Below are positions 1 through 6,838 of a DNA stretch of 16,514 nt, in pieces. The stretch lies in IMG/VR virus record IMGVR_UViG_2681813234_000010, positions 1 to 16,514 of that record. One strand, 5' to 3'. The translations under genes and the position numbers were made by a program. This stretch comes from a virus. Taxonomy: Duplodnaviria; Heunggongvirae; Uroviricota; Caudoviricetes. Below the pieces are notes generated by a model, which was given only the letters and a program-made list of their open reading frames with translations, had not been told where the DNA came from and searched no databases. Numbering within the stretch: position 1 is the stretch's first letter; each line of letters starts with the position of its first letter.

Positions 1-1236
1 TTGGGTGAACATAAACGTTACAATGACGAGGTTATTCATAATGTCTATCCGAAAGTCATAGATGATGATTTGTTTCTCACAGCTAATCGCATGATGGATC
101 GTGTGATGTTGGAGAAGAATAAACCAGCAGAAGACCTGTTACTTGAATCTGATGTGGTGCAAGAGATCTTTCAGCTATATGAAAGTGGGCTTGGCTCAGG
201 TGCTATCGTTAAGCGTTTGCCGAAAGGGTGGAGTACTGTAAATGTACTAAGGGTTTTACGTGACAAAAATGTAGTAACGCAGAAGATTATCGATAACTTA
301 ACTTTTGAGCGTGTGAATCAAAAGTTGTCAATGAATGGTGTAGCCAATCGCATTCGGAAGGATATAACTATTGCACAAGATGATTACATAACTAACTTAT
401 TCCCGAAGATCCTTAAGTGCGGTTATTGTGGTGGTAATGTTGCGATTCACTATAATCATGTTAGAACGAAATATGTGATTTGTCGAAATCGAGAAGAAAG
501 GAAGATCTGTGATGCAAAATCCATACAGTATATTAGAATTGAAAAAAACATACTCAAATGCGTGAAGAATGTAGATTTTCAAAAATTAATGATAGAAAGT
601 ACTGGCAGTGAAACTTCAGTGCTGGATGGTCTGCATGAAGAGCTATCATCATTACGCAGAGAAGAAAATAGTTATAGCGATAAAATAAATGAAAGAAAAT
701 TAGCAGGTAAAAGAGTAGGTATACATCTCAATGATGGGTTAACGGAGGTGCAGGACAGGATTGAAGAAATAGAAAAAGAAATTATCAATGCTCAAACTGT
801 AAGAGAGATACCTAAATTTGATTTTGATATGGATGAAGTACTTGATCCAATGAACATAGAGCTACGAGCGAAAGTGCGAAAACAGCTTAGGTTAGTACTT
901 AAAGCAGTGAAATACTGGATGTTCGATAAGCGTATTTTTATCCAATTGGAATACTTCAATGATGTACTTTCACACATGCTTGTAATTGATAATAAACGTG
1001 GCGGTGGAGATGTAATATATGAAATGTCTATTGAAGAAAGAAAGGGTGAACGAATCTATACAGTTCATGAAAATGGTCATGCAGTTTTCATTGCATCAGT
1101 AACTATCGGCACAGATATATGGTCATTAGCTTTAAGCCGCACACGTACAATTGATACCATTGGCAATTACCTAAGCCTCCTTGCTCGTGAAGGTTTTGAG
1201 ATCTTTGTGAACGAAGATCAAATTGATTGGTTTTAG
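1..1236 (+). CDS. int: Large serine recombinase (phage integrase), C-terminal ~410 codons; the 5' end lies upstream of the window
   Basis: Frame is open from base 1 to TAG at 1234-1236. The translation shows the tail of a recombinase domain, then a four-Cys zinc-ribbon (KCGYCGG ... CRNREERKICD) and a long charged, coiled-coil-like segment. That order is typical of large serine integrases. The catalytic resolvase domain is not in the window. Confidence 0.75.
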   Translation: MGEHKRYNDEVIHNVYPKVIDDDLFLTANRMMDRVMLEKNKPAEDLLLESDVVQEIFQLYESGLGSGAIVKRLPKGWSTVNVLRVLRDKNVVTQKIIDNLTFERVNQKLSMNGVANRIRKDITIAQDDYITNLFPKILKCGYCGGNVAIHYNHVRTKYVICRNREERKICDAKSIQYIRIEKNILKCVKNVDFQKLMIESTGSETSVLDGLHEELSSLRREENSYSDKINERKLAGKRVGIHLNDGLTEVQDRIEEIEKEIINAQTVREIPKFDFDMDEVLDPMNIELRAKVRKQLRLVLKAVKYWMFDKRIFIQLEYFNDVLSHMLVIDNKRGGGDVIYEMSIEERKGERIYTVHENGHAVFIASVTIGTDIWSLALSRTRTIDTIGNYLSLLAREGFEIFVNEDQIDWF

Positions 1237-1316
1237 TATTGTGAGAGTACCTTACTTTCAATAAGTATGAAAATTCTTTGGAGAACGTAGTTTTTACGTT
1301 TTAAACTTTATTTTCA

Positions 1317-1347
1317 CCTCGCAGGAGCGATTCTGCGAGGTTTTTCC
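1317..1347 (+). terminator. Rho-independent terminator downstream of the integrase gene
   Basis: Perfect 8-bp stem CCTCGCAG (1317-1324) / CTGCGAGG (1333-1340) with an 8-nt loop, immediately followed by TTTTT (1341-1345). Confidence 0.6.
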
Positions 1348-1465
1348 ATGTATGGTAATGCAATGAGGTGAGGCGTGGCTTGGGGGGGCGTATAGAGCGT
1401 TACAGGAAGGATTTGCGTTAAGTGTTAGTTTGATGTGCATATCTGAGTATATTTTCCTATTATCT

Positions 1466-1494
1466 TTGACCAGTCCTCGGGAATAATATATAAT
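1466..1494 (+). promoter_or_regulatory. Sigma70-like promoter (TTGACC, 17-bp spacer, TATAAT)
   Basis: -35 TTGACC at 1466-1471 and a consensus -10 TATAAT at 1489-1494 with a 17-bp spacer, about 90 bp upstream of the ORF starting at 1584. Confidence 0.5.
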
Positions 1495-1583
1495 GGCTTC
1501 ACGCCCTTAATAAAGGCTAGGCAGACAAAAGAGATATATAAATCTTTTCGCTACTGCCGATATCAAGTAGGAGCAAATCCAAA

Positions 1584-1940
1584 ATGACACTCAAACATAA
1601 TGAAACACATATTTATTATTCCAATGATTGTGCCGTAGAACAACAAGATAAAGAAATCTGGATCGACCAGAATTTAGTATATAGCTGCTGTAAAGGCGAT
1701 GAAGTAGAGTATACAGAAGGTAATAAGTCGGACTCTCCATTCTATGGTCAAGAGGCTTTACAAACTATGTATTATACTGACCGTGGAAATGTTCAGTATA
1801 ATAATGAAGATGGGAGTTTTTACTTTCGCCTTGATGATGGGAATATGAATACATACATAGATGGACAACTCCAGATTGATGATCCTAACGGTGACTATGT
1901 AGAATTCATTGAGTTCGCAAATAGTGTAATGTCTAAGTAA
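1584..1940 (+). CDS. Hypothetical small, strongly acidic protein (118 aa)
   Basis: ATG at 1584 preceded by AGGAG (1567-1571); ends at TAA 1938-1940. By manual count about 23 Asp/Glu versus 7 Lys/Arg. No recognisable family motif. Confidence 0.55.
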   Translation: MTLKHNETHIYYSNDCAVEQQDKEIWIDQNLVYSCCKGDEVEYTEGNKSDSPFYGQEALQTMYYTDRGNVQYNNEDGSFYFRLDDGNMNTYIDGQLQIDDPNGDYVEFIEFANSVMSK

Positions 1941-1953
1941 GAAAATTTATAAA

Positions 1954-1971
1954 CGAAGGTGCTAACCTTCG
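1954..1971 (+). terminator. Weak hairpin after the 1584-1940 ORF (possible terminator)
   Basis: 7-bp stem CGAAGGT (1954-1960) / ACCTTCG (1965-1971) with a 4-nt loop. No U-tract follows, so terminator function is doubtful. Confidence 0.25.
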
Positions 1972-2040
1972 ACGGTCATCATATATGACCGATTTTAAGT
2001 GAGATACCATAAATACTCCTATAACAGATAGGAGATATTT

Positions 2041-2214
2041 ATGAATTGGATATACAAAATAATCTTTGAAATCATTGCTACGGCAATCTATATGTTCGTA
2101 CTATTTCCATGTTGGATAGTACTGTGCATCTTTTTTATGTTATTAACAGTATTAGCACTACCTTTGAAAATTCCAACCATAAATAAAATGGTTATCAGGT
2201 TTTTGGAACGATAA
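2041..2214 (+). CDS. Small hydrophobic membrane protein (57 aa); not in the supplied ORF track
   Basis: ATG at 2041 preceded by AGGAG (2030-2034) with a 6-nt spacer; TAA at 2212-2214. The translation MNWIYKIIFEIIATAIYMFVLFPCWIVLCIFFMLLTVLALPLKIPTINKMVIRFLER is almost entirely hydrophobic, consistent with 1-2 transmembrane helices. Confidence 0.4.
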   Translation: MNWIYKIIFEIIATAIYMFVLFPCWIVLCIFFMLLTVLALPLKIPTINKMVIRFLER

Positions 2215-2232
2215 AAAATAACATGGTATAAT
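2203..2232 (+). promoter_or_regulatory. Putative extended -10 promoter upstream of the small ribbon-helix-helix-like ORF
   Basis: TG at 2224-2225 followed by TATAAT at 2227-2232; weak -35-like TTGGAA at 2203-2208. Confidence 0.3.
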
Positions 2233-2352
2233 CCATATTATGGTGATCACTACCTCAACGTGATAATTATAATTCCACATCAAAAAGTAATCCCCAACAT
2301 GGGGATCTTTTTGCGTTGAGAAAAAATGGAAAATGTTAAACAAAGGAATGTT

Positions 2353-2505
2353 ATGAAAGAAAAGAAAACTATTAGTGTTGGGGTGAGATTAAGTCCTACA
2401 CAAGAAGAAATACTAAAATCACTTATAGTGTGTGGTAAGGCTACAACGATGAGTTCAGCCATTCAGTATCTGATACAGCAATATGGGATTTTAGATAGTA
2501 AGTAA
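2353..2505 (+). CDS. Small ribbon-helix-helix (CopG/Arc-like) DNA-binding protein (50 aa); not in the supplied ORF track
   Basis: ATG at 2353 with AGGA 5 nt upstream; TAA at 2503-2505. The translation MKEKKTISVGVRLSPTQEEILKSLIVCGKATTMSSAIQYLIQQYGILDSK fits the ribbon-helix-helix pattern: an N-terminal beta-strand (ISVGVRLS) followed by two short helices. Confidence 0.45.
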   Translation: MKEKKTISVGVRLSPTQEEILKSLIVCGKATTMSSAIQYLIQQYGILDSK

Positions 2506-2512
2506 GGGTTTG

Positions 2513-2560
2513 GTACTTTCACTTTAGAAAGGTACTAACAGTACTTCAGGATGAAGTACT
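2513..2560 (+). repeat. Cluster of four GTACT motifs plus a duplicated AGGATGAA just upstream of the HNH/AP2 gene
   Basis: GTACT at 2513, 2532, 2541 and 2556; AGGATGAA occurs twice (about 2549 and 2570). Likely a regulatory binding array or leader. Confidence 0.3.
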
Positions 2561-2578
2561 TAGTTTCAAGGATGAAAT

Positions 2579-3079
2579 ATGAAAAAGGAAAAAAGAAATG
2601 ACCTAAAGGGTCAGGAATTACCACATGTAAAAGAAGCACTACGAGTATGGAATAACTTTCACTCAAGAGTGCGTAATAACATCAATTATAGTACTGTTAC
2701 CATCTGCGATGACTGGTATCGGTTTAGTAATTTTTATTATTGGTATGTTGAAAATGTTGTTGATGGTTGGCATTTAGATAAAGACATATTAGGAGGTAAT
2801 GAGTACAGCCCAAGTAACTGCATCTTTGTACCGAGAGAAGTAAATCAATTGTTCCGTAAAGCACCAACGTCATTATCAACCGGTGTTGTCGTTAATCATA
2901 AGGGCTATCAAGCACAAGCAACATTTGATAAGAAAGTACATAAGTTTGGGACATACCCAACGATAGAAGAAGCTCATGCTGCTTATGTTATTGGGCGTAA
3001 ATCATATATCTATAAACTATCGCAGAAGTATAAAGCATATCCAAAACTTAGTGCGGTACTATTACAAAAATCAAAATAA
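2579..3079 (+). CDS. HNH-type endonuclease-like protein with a C-terminal AP2-like DNA-binding domain
   Basis: ATG at 2579 with AAGGA 6 nt upstream. Residues WHLDKDILGGNEYSPSNCIFVPREVN match an HNH_3-style H...N...N motif. The downstream GYQAQATFDKKVHKFGTYPTIEEAHAAY resembles an AP2 domain, a pairing common in phage homing-endonuclease-like proteins. Confidence 0.55.
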   Translation: MKKEKRNDLKGQELPHVKEALRVWNNFHSRVRNNINYSTVTICDDWYRFSNFYYWYVENVVDGWHLDKDILGGNEYSPSNCIFVPREVNQLFRKAPTSLSTGVVVNHKGYQAQATFDKKVHKFGTYPTIEEAHAAYVIGRKSYIYKLSQKYKAYPKLSAVLLQKSK

Positions 3080-3144
3080 CGAAATGGCCTGAGTACTGGA
3101 AATACTACAGGTCAATATTAACATCTATCATATGGGTATTTATT

Positions 3145-3669
3145 ATGACAAAAAAGAAAGAGCCGCATGAAATAAAGAAACGTGGACGAAAACCAAAAGA
3201 ACACGATAATGCAGAATTACAAGATCATTTAAGGGGAGTACGCCATCTTAATCAACTTACAGATGAAGTACGTAGAGTAATATCAAACTCTGTTAAAAGT
3301 TACTTTGAAAAGAACAATAAACGTAAGACTTTCTCAAACAAGAATATGCTACTTCTGGTTACATCGACTCGATACATCACAGATGAAGCGATAAAGAACA
3401 ATATCGAGTACTTTGATGCCTTCACACTCAATGAGTACGGCGATTCCTCAGTACGAGATTATAAGATGGTCACGATTGCTATATGTGAGGGTCTGAATGC
3501 AATTCTAAGTAGTGGTAAGCCAGTAAGAAGTGATACACCAGAGGGATCACAGTACTTAACTGGTGAAGAAGCATATCAACTACGTATGGCTTTAGATGGT
3601 GGCTGTACTAAGGCAGACCTACTAAAGGTTATAGCTACAATTTATCCCGAATTAAGACATTCTAAGTAG
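3145..3669 (+). CDS. Hypothetical protein with a basic AT-hook-like N-terminus; possible DNA-binding regulator
   Basis: ORF of 174 aa. The N-terminus has KKRGRKPKE (AT-hook-like). The C-terminal LTGEEAYQLRMALDGGCTKADLLKVIATIY loosely resembles a helix-turn-helix of the sigma region-4 type. Function not established. Confidence 0.5.
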   Translation: MTKKKEPHEIKKRGRKPKEHDNAELQDHLRGVRHLNQLTDEVRRVISNSVKSYFEKNNKRKTFSNKNMLLLVTSTRYITDEAIKNNIEYFDAFTLNEYGDSSVRDYKMVTIAICEGLNAILSSGKPVRSDTPEGSQYLTGEEAYQLRMALDGGCTKADLLKVIATIYPELRHSK

Positions 3670-4122
3670 TGTTTTAATAACGGTTCAAATGTCGTAATTA
3701 AGGTTAAATGGGGTTTTTATGGGGTTGATTAGTGCTGCTTGCACTAGATATAGTATCTAAAATGAGTTAAAAAACACTGTATATGGGTTGTCCCGAATTT
3801 CGACACCATAATTAGAAATTATTAAGACCTCTTGTACTACGTCCAAATCGGTCTTTGAGTGCCTACACTCCCTGCGGTCGTATAGTCACTGAAAAACAAA
3901 TTAAACCGATCCTTGCGTTTTTTCTCGCTAGTACTCGAAAAACACGCAGGGGATTTACTCGCTTTCGCTCAGACAGGTAACAGTACTGACTAAACTATTG
4001 GGGTCGGCCTATGGCCTAAAGTTCGCTTCGCTCTTTTTGAAGTATCTACGCGGGCTAAGCCCTTGTTGGGGTTATCGGGCTGTTTAAGCCCTTACTGAAG
4101 TCATCAAATTATCTAACGACAC

Positions 4123-4246
4123 GAAGCAGTACTATCAATTGATTACTTCAAATGAGTTACTAAGTGAGCAGTCGTCTCACTTGCAATACTTATGATCTAT
4201 ATAAATGAAATCTGCAAGTGAGACTCCGGAGAAGTAGTACTATCAA
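4123..4246. repeat. Two 16-bp direct repeats (15/16 identical) bracketing a palindromic site
   Basis: GAAGCAGTACTATCAA at 4123-4138 and GAAGTAGTACTATCAA at 4231-4246. An extra AAGTGAG half-site copy sits at 4162-4168. Confidence 0.6.
4174..4224. repeat. 51-bp site: perfect 12-bp inverted repeat with a 27-bp AT-rich spacer (candidate attP, origin or operator)
   Basis: GTCTCACTTGCA (4174-4185) and its exact reverse complement TGCAAGTGAGAC (4213-4224). The spacer ATACTTATGATCTATATAAATGAAATC contains a GATC and a TATA-like run. Confidence 0.6.
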
Positions 4247-4403
4247 GTCACATATATTTGAGTACTGAATGATTTAGTTAGTCACAGTTGAAATAATTAA
4301 TATATAAAGGTCTACTTATAAATTCTACCGTGACAACCATCTACTATTTCAATCCAGGCCATTATGACTGGGTTTACGGGAAGCGTGAATAAAACTGTCT
4401 CAG

Positions 4404-5138
4404 TCAACTCAATAAAATTTCCATACTTGTGGGTGAAAACATACGATAGCTGATAATGTCACCTACATTGAAATTTGTTTGGAAAAAACTTCTAAGATCT
4501 GTTCCTCCCATGATTCTAGGTACTTTATTAGTGTTTGCCGTTCTGTTAATGATTGCAGTGAGGCTTGTATTGGTGCTGGAGTTAGTTATTTTTATTCTTG
4601 CACCATCTTCTCCAAACTCATGACTGGCAGCCACGGTAACGTTGAAAAATCCTCTTTGCCAATATGTATTAGCCATTCTGAAATTGTAAGTCGGGCTTGA
4701 TTTCTCTGAAGTGACAATTTCTATGTAATCTGTCGTGATTATCTTTTCCTGATAACCATTCCACTCAGGCTGTAGTACTCTAATTATGTCATCTTCTAAT
4801 GCAGCAGCTAGGTTTAAGTGAAATTGACCATAGTGCATTAATCCATTATCGGGTAAAACAAAAATGTCTACCGCTTCATTGTTTTTTAGATGCCTAATAA
4901 TATTCGCGTTGTTTTTTATATTTGTTGATTGAGTAGGGCCTGGCATAGAATAATGATACATTCTACGTTTAAGTAAACGAGTAGTTTTGCCTACATATTT
5001 TACCTGACCATCACAAATGAACGCATAAAGATTATTTTTGACATCTGAGTGAGAAGGTTCAAGTGTAAATTGTAGTTTTTCGCCATTGAGTTCCCAAAAG
5101 CCAATTTTAATAAATCCAATTTCAAGTAATCTATTCAT
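4404..5138 (-). CDS. GIY-YIG nuclease-domain protein with an unrecognised ~110-aa C-terminal domain
   Basis: ORF of 244 aa. Residues LYAFICDGQVKYVGKTTRLLKRRMYHY match the GIY...YIG core with the conserved Arg. Downstream, AAALEDDIIRVLQPEWN matches the conserved Glu and Asn region (compare UvrC ALLLEHNYIKLYQPRYN). The start ATG overlaps the stop of the upstream gene (ATGAATAG on the minus strand). Confidence 0.65.
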   Translation of the reverse strand: MNRLLEIGFIKIGFWELNGEKLQFTLEPSHSDVKNNLYAFICDGQVKYVGKTTRLLKRRMYHYSMPGPTQSTNIKNNANIIRHLKNNEAVDIFVLPDNGLMHYGQFHLNLAAALEDDIIRVLQPEWNGYQEKIITTDYIEIVTSEKSSPTYNFRMANTYWQRGFFNVTVAASHEFGEDGARIKITNSSTNTSLTAIINRTANTNKVPRIMGGTDLRSFFQTNFNVGDIISYRMFSPTSMEILLS

Positions 5139-5877
5139 GTATGACCTTCTTTCGAACTATGAATTTGTCAGTGGGGTAATTATTTGAATAGGTAGAAATA
5201 ATAAACGCTGAAACTTTCCGGTGTGTCTCTGTAACCTGATTCTTAAACTCTAAAAATTCAGCAATAGTTAAATCTTTTGCCTGTCGGTCTGCGTGTATCA
5301 GTGAGTCAACTTCAAAATATGAAGAAAGAAATAAGTTGTATATATTCCCATATTCCCGATTAGTGTCCTTAAGGATATTAATGATAGAGCAACTATAGTT
5401 ACTTAATTCAAAACCATTTCTTGGTATTGTATTTAAACTGTTAATTACTGAATAGGAGAGGTTAGCGAACTCATCCATTAAATTATCTAACTTGTGAACC
5501 TCATTTCTTAGTGATTCGTTGATGGCACAATTGTTATTTAATACGCTGATCGATTGTTTGCCCACTGACCAATATAAATTTCTCAAATGGTGGCTGGCAG
5601 AATTAACTTTTGTTAAATTAGTATAAATCGATTCTTCGATAACATTATGAACCACATCATATTGCTTTTGTGCTAACCATTCAGGTGCTTTTTTATACGC
5701 AGCAATCGCTATACCTAAAGTACCAATTGTAGCTAATGAACTCAACCAATCACTTACGCTTCCCCATTCAAAGCCATTAGAATCAGAAAATAGTACTTTA
5801 ATTAAAGCTAATATCGCTACCCATAGAAGTACTATGACGGTAGCAACTAATAATTTGTTCCATCCTTCAACTTTCAC
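5131..5877 (-). CDS. Membrane protein with two N-terminal transmembrane helices and a ~180-aa soluble domain
   Basis: ORF of 248 aa with a probable GTG start at 5877. Hydrophobic segments LLVATVIVLLWVAILALIKVLF and WLSSLATIGTLGIAIAAY. Its stop overlaps the start of the GIY-YIG gene by 8 nt, implying an operon. Confidence 0.55.
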   Translation of the reverse strand: MKVEGWNKLLVATVIVLLWVAILALIKVLFSDSNGFEWGSVSDWLSSLATIGTLGIAIAAYKKAPEWLAQKQYDVVHNVIEESIYTNLTKVNSASHHLRNLYWSVGKQSISVLNNNCAINESLRNEVHKLDNLMDEFANLSYSVINSLNTIPRNGFELSNYSCSIINILKDTNREYGNIYNLFLSSYFEVDSLIHADRQAKDLTIAEFLEFKNQVTETHRKVSAFIISTYSNNYPTDKFIVRKKVIHE

Positions 5878-6049
5878 TTTCTTAACCCGTAGAATGGTTC
5901 ATGGATGAAAAATTTTACCATTTGCAGTTATGTTTCGTAAATGATCATCGTAGAGTGAAAATTTAACTTAAGTGGAAGTTGCAACTCCATTTGGTGGAGT
6001 TGTACTGGTTGAGATCACGATTTCTTTGAAAAAAACGGGGCTGGTTGCT

Positions 6050-6076
6050 TTGAACTGGTTAACATAGTGGGATAAT
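6050..6076 (+). promoter_or_regulatory. Putative promoter for the HNH / PD-(D/E)xK cassette
   Basis: TTGAAC at 6050-6055, then TG (6068-6069) followed by GATAAT at 6071-6076 (extended -10-like). AGGAG at 6100-6104 precedes the ATG at 6110. Confidence 0.3.
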
Positions 6077-6109
6077 AAGCACCGAAGAAGAACTTCAGCA
6101 GGAGCAGGT

Positions 6110-6838
6110 ATGAACAGAAAGCAATTCATCCAGTCACACGGAGCTACTTGCAGTAACTGGACGTGGAGTTGGTCATTTGTTAACCATGAAAAGAAGATGG
6201 TCATCTTTGGGTCATGGGATGTTGAGAGTGAACAAGAGCGGTCTGTAATACTCCGGGAGAAATGGGAATACAACTCAAACAACAAAAAACAACCGGGATA
6301 CACCCAGGCACTGGAACACATCCGTTTAGCCCATGAAGGCTACGAACTTTACACCTTCAATATGGTTTTCGCAGAACACCCTGAGAATCCTGAAATTGCA
6401 GTAATCAAGGATTTTGAGCGTAAATTAAACAAGCGATATCTTCGTAAAGAAGGTGTTGTTTGGTATGCAGACTTCTTACCTAATCCATTCCCTGATGAAA
6501 TTCCTTCAGGAGAGAGTTTTGTTGAAGGTGCAAAGACTCAAGTAACAGTGAACTACTACGAACGCGATCCAAAGGCCCGACAAGCCTGCATCCAGCATCA
6601 CGGTACTACCTGTAAATGCTGTGGCTTCGATTTTGAGAAGGTCTATGGTACACATGGCCGTGGGTTCATTCATGTACATCACATCAAGCCGCTTCATACG
6701 ATTGGGGAAAACTATGTGGTCAATCCCGTAACAGATATGATCCCATTATGTCCAAACTGCCATGCAATGGTACATCACGGAAGCGAAGTACTTACAATTG
6801 CAGATTTGAAAAAGAAAATGACATTCTGGAGCGAGTAA
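6110..6838 (+). CDS. Zn-finger HNH endonuclease (McrA-like HNH) with an unrecognised ~150-aa N-terminal domain
   Basis: ORF of 242 aa with a good ribosome-binding site. The C-terminus CKCCGFDFEKVYGTHGRGFIHVHHIKPL...DMIPLCPNCHAMVHH is a classic HNH motif with CxxC...CxxCH zinc ligands, as in McrA-type enzymes. The N-terminal domain has no motif I can assign. Confidence 0.7.
   Translation: MNRKQFIQSHGATCSNWTWSWSFVNHEKKMVIFGSWDVESEQERSVILREKWEYNSNNKKQPGYTQALEHIRLAHEGYELYTFNMVFAEHPENPEIAVIKDFERKLNKRYLRKEGVVWYADFLPNPFPDEIPSGESFVEGAKTQVTVNYYERDPKARQACIQHHGTTCKCCGFDFEKVYGTHGRGFIHVHHIKPLHTIGENYVVNPVTDMIPLCPNCHAMVHHGSEVLTIADLKKKMTFWSE

Noticed and set aside
397-977. Minus-strand ORFs 397-582 and 792-977 (61 aa each) inside the integrase gene
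   Set aside because: They lie fully within the long integrase reading frame on the opposite strand, are low-complexity, and have no ribosome-binding site. They are most likely antisense artefacts.
1347-1465. attP immediately downstream of the integrase gene, including a G7 homopolymer at 1382-1388
   Set aside because: No convincing inverted-repeat arms were found here. The G-tract is noncoding, and its relevance (for example slipped-strand variation) is speculative. The palindrome at 4174-4224 is the better att candidate.
2158-2462. Minus-strand ORFs 2158-2343 and 2280-2462
   Set aside because: They overlap the better-supported plus-strand small genes and promoter. The translations are hydrophobic or low-complexity, as is typical of antisense AT-rich sequence.
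3670-4403. tRNA or tmRNA gene in the long noncoding region
   Set aside because: I could not find a T-arm (GTTCRANYC flanked by a 5-bp stem) together with an acceptor stem and anticodon arm. GTTCAAAT at about 3684 and GTTCG at about 4021 lack complementary flanking stems.
4479-4700. Plus-strand ORF 4479-4700 (73 aa)
   Set aside because: It is entirely antisense to the GIY-YIG gene, whose motif evidence is strong.
3145-5877. Retron or type III toxin-antitoxin-like noncoding RNA associated with the GIY-YIG operon
   Set aside because: There is no reverse-transcriptase gene and no tandem array of short repeats resembling a ToxI-type antitoxin RNA. The repeats present are palindromes and two dispersed direct repeats.
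5982-6002. Hairpin CAACTCCA-TTTGG-TGGAGTTG in the divergent region between the membrane/GIY-YIG operon and the HNH gene
   Set aside because: It sits between two divergent gene starts, so it cannot serve as a terminator for either. It may be an operator, but there is no supporting evidence, so it is not called as a feature.
5968-6321. Minus-strand ORF 5968-6321 (117 aa)
   Set aside because: It overlaps the promoter, ribosome-binding site and 5' end of the HNH gene. The HNH ORF has a strong Shine-Dalgarno sequence and domain support; this one has neither.
6506-6697. Minus-strand ORF 6506-6697
   Set aside because: It is antisense to the HNH motif region of the 6110-6838 gene.
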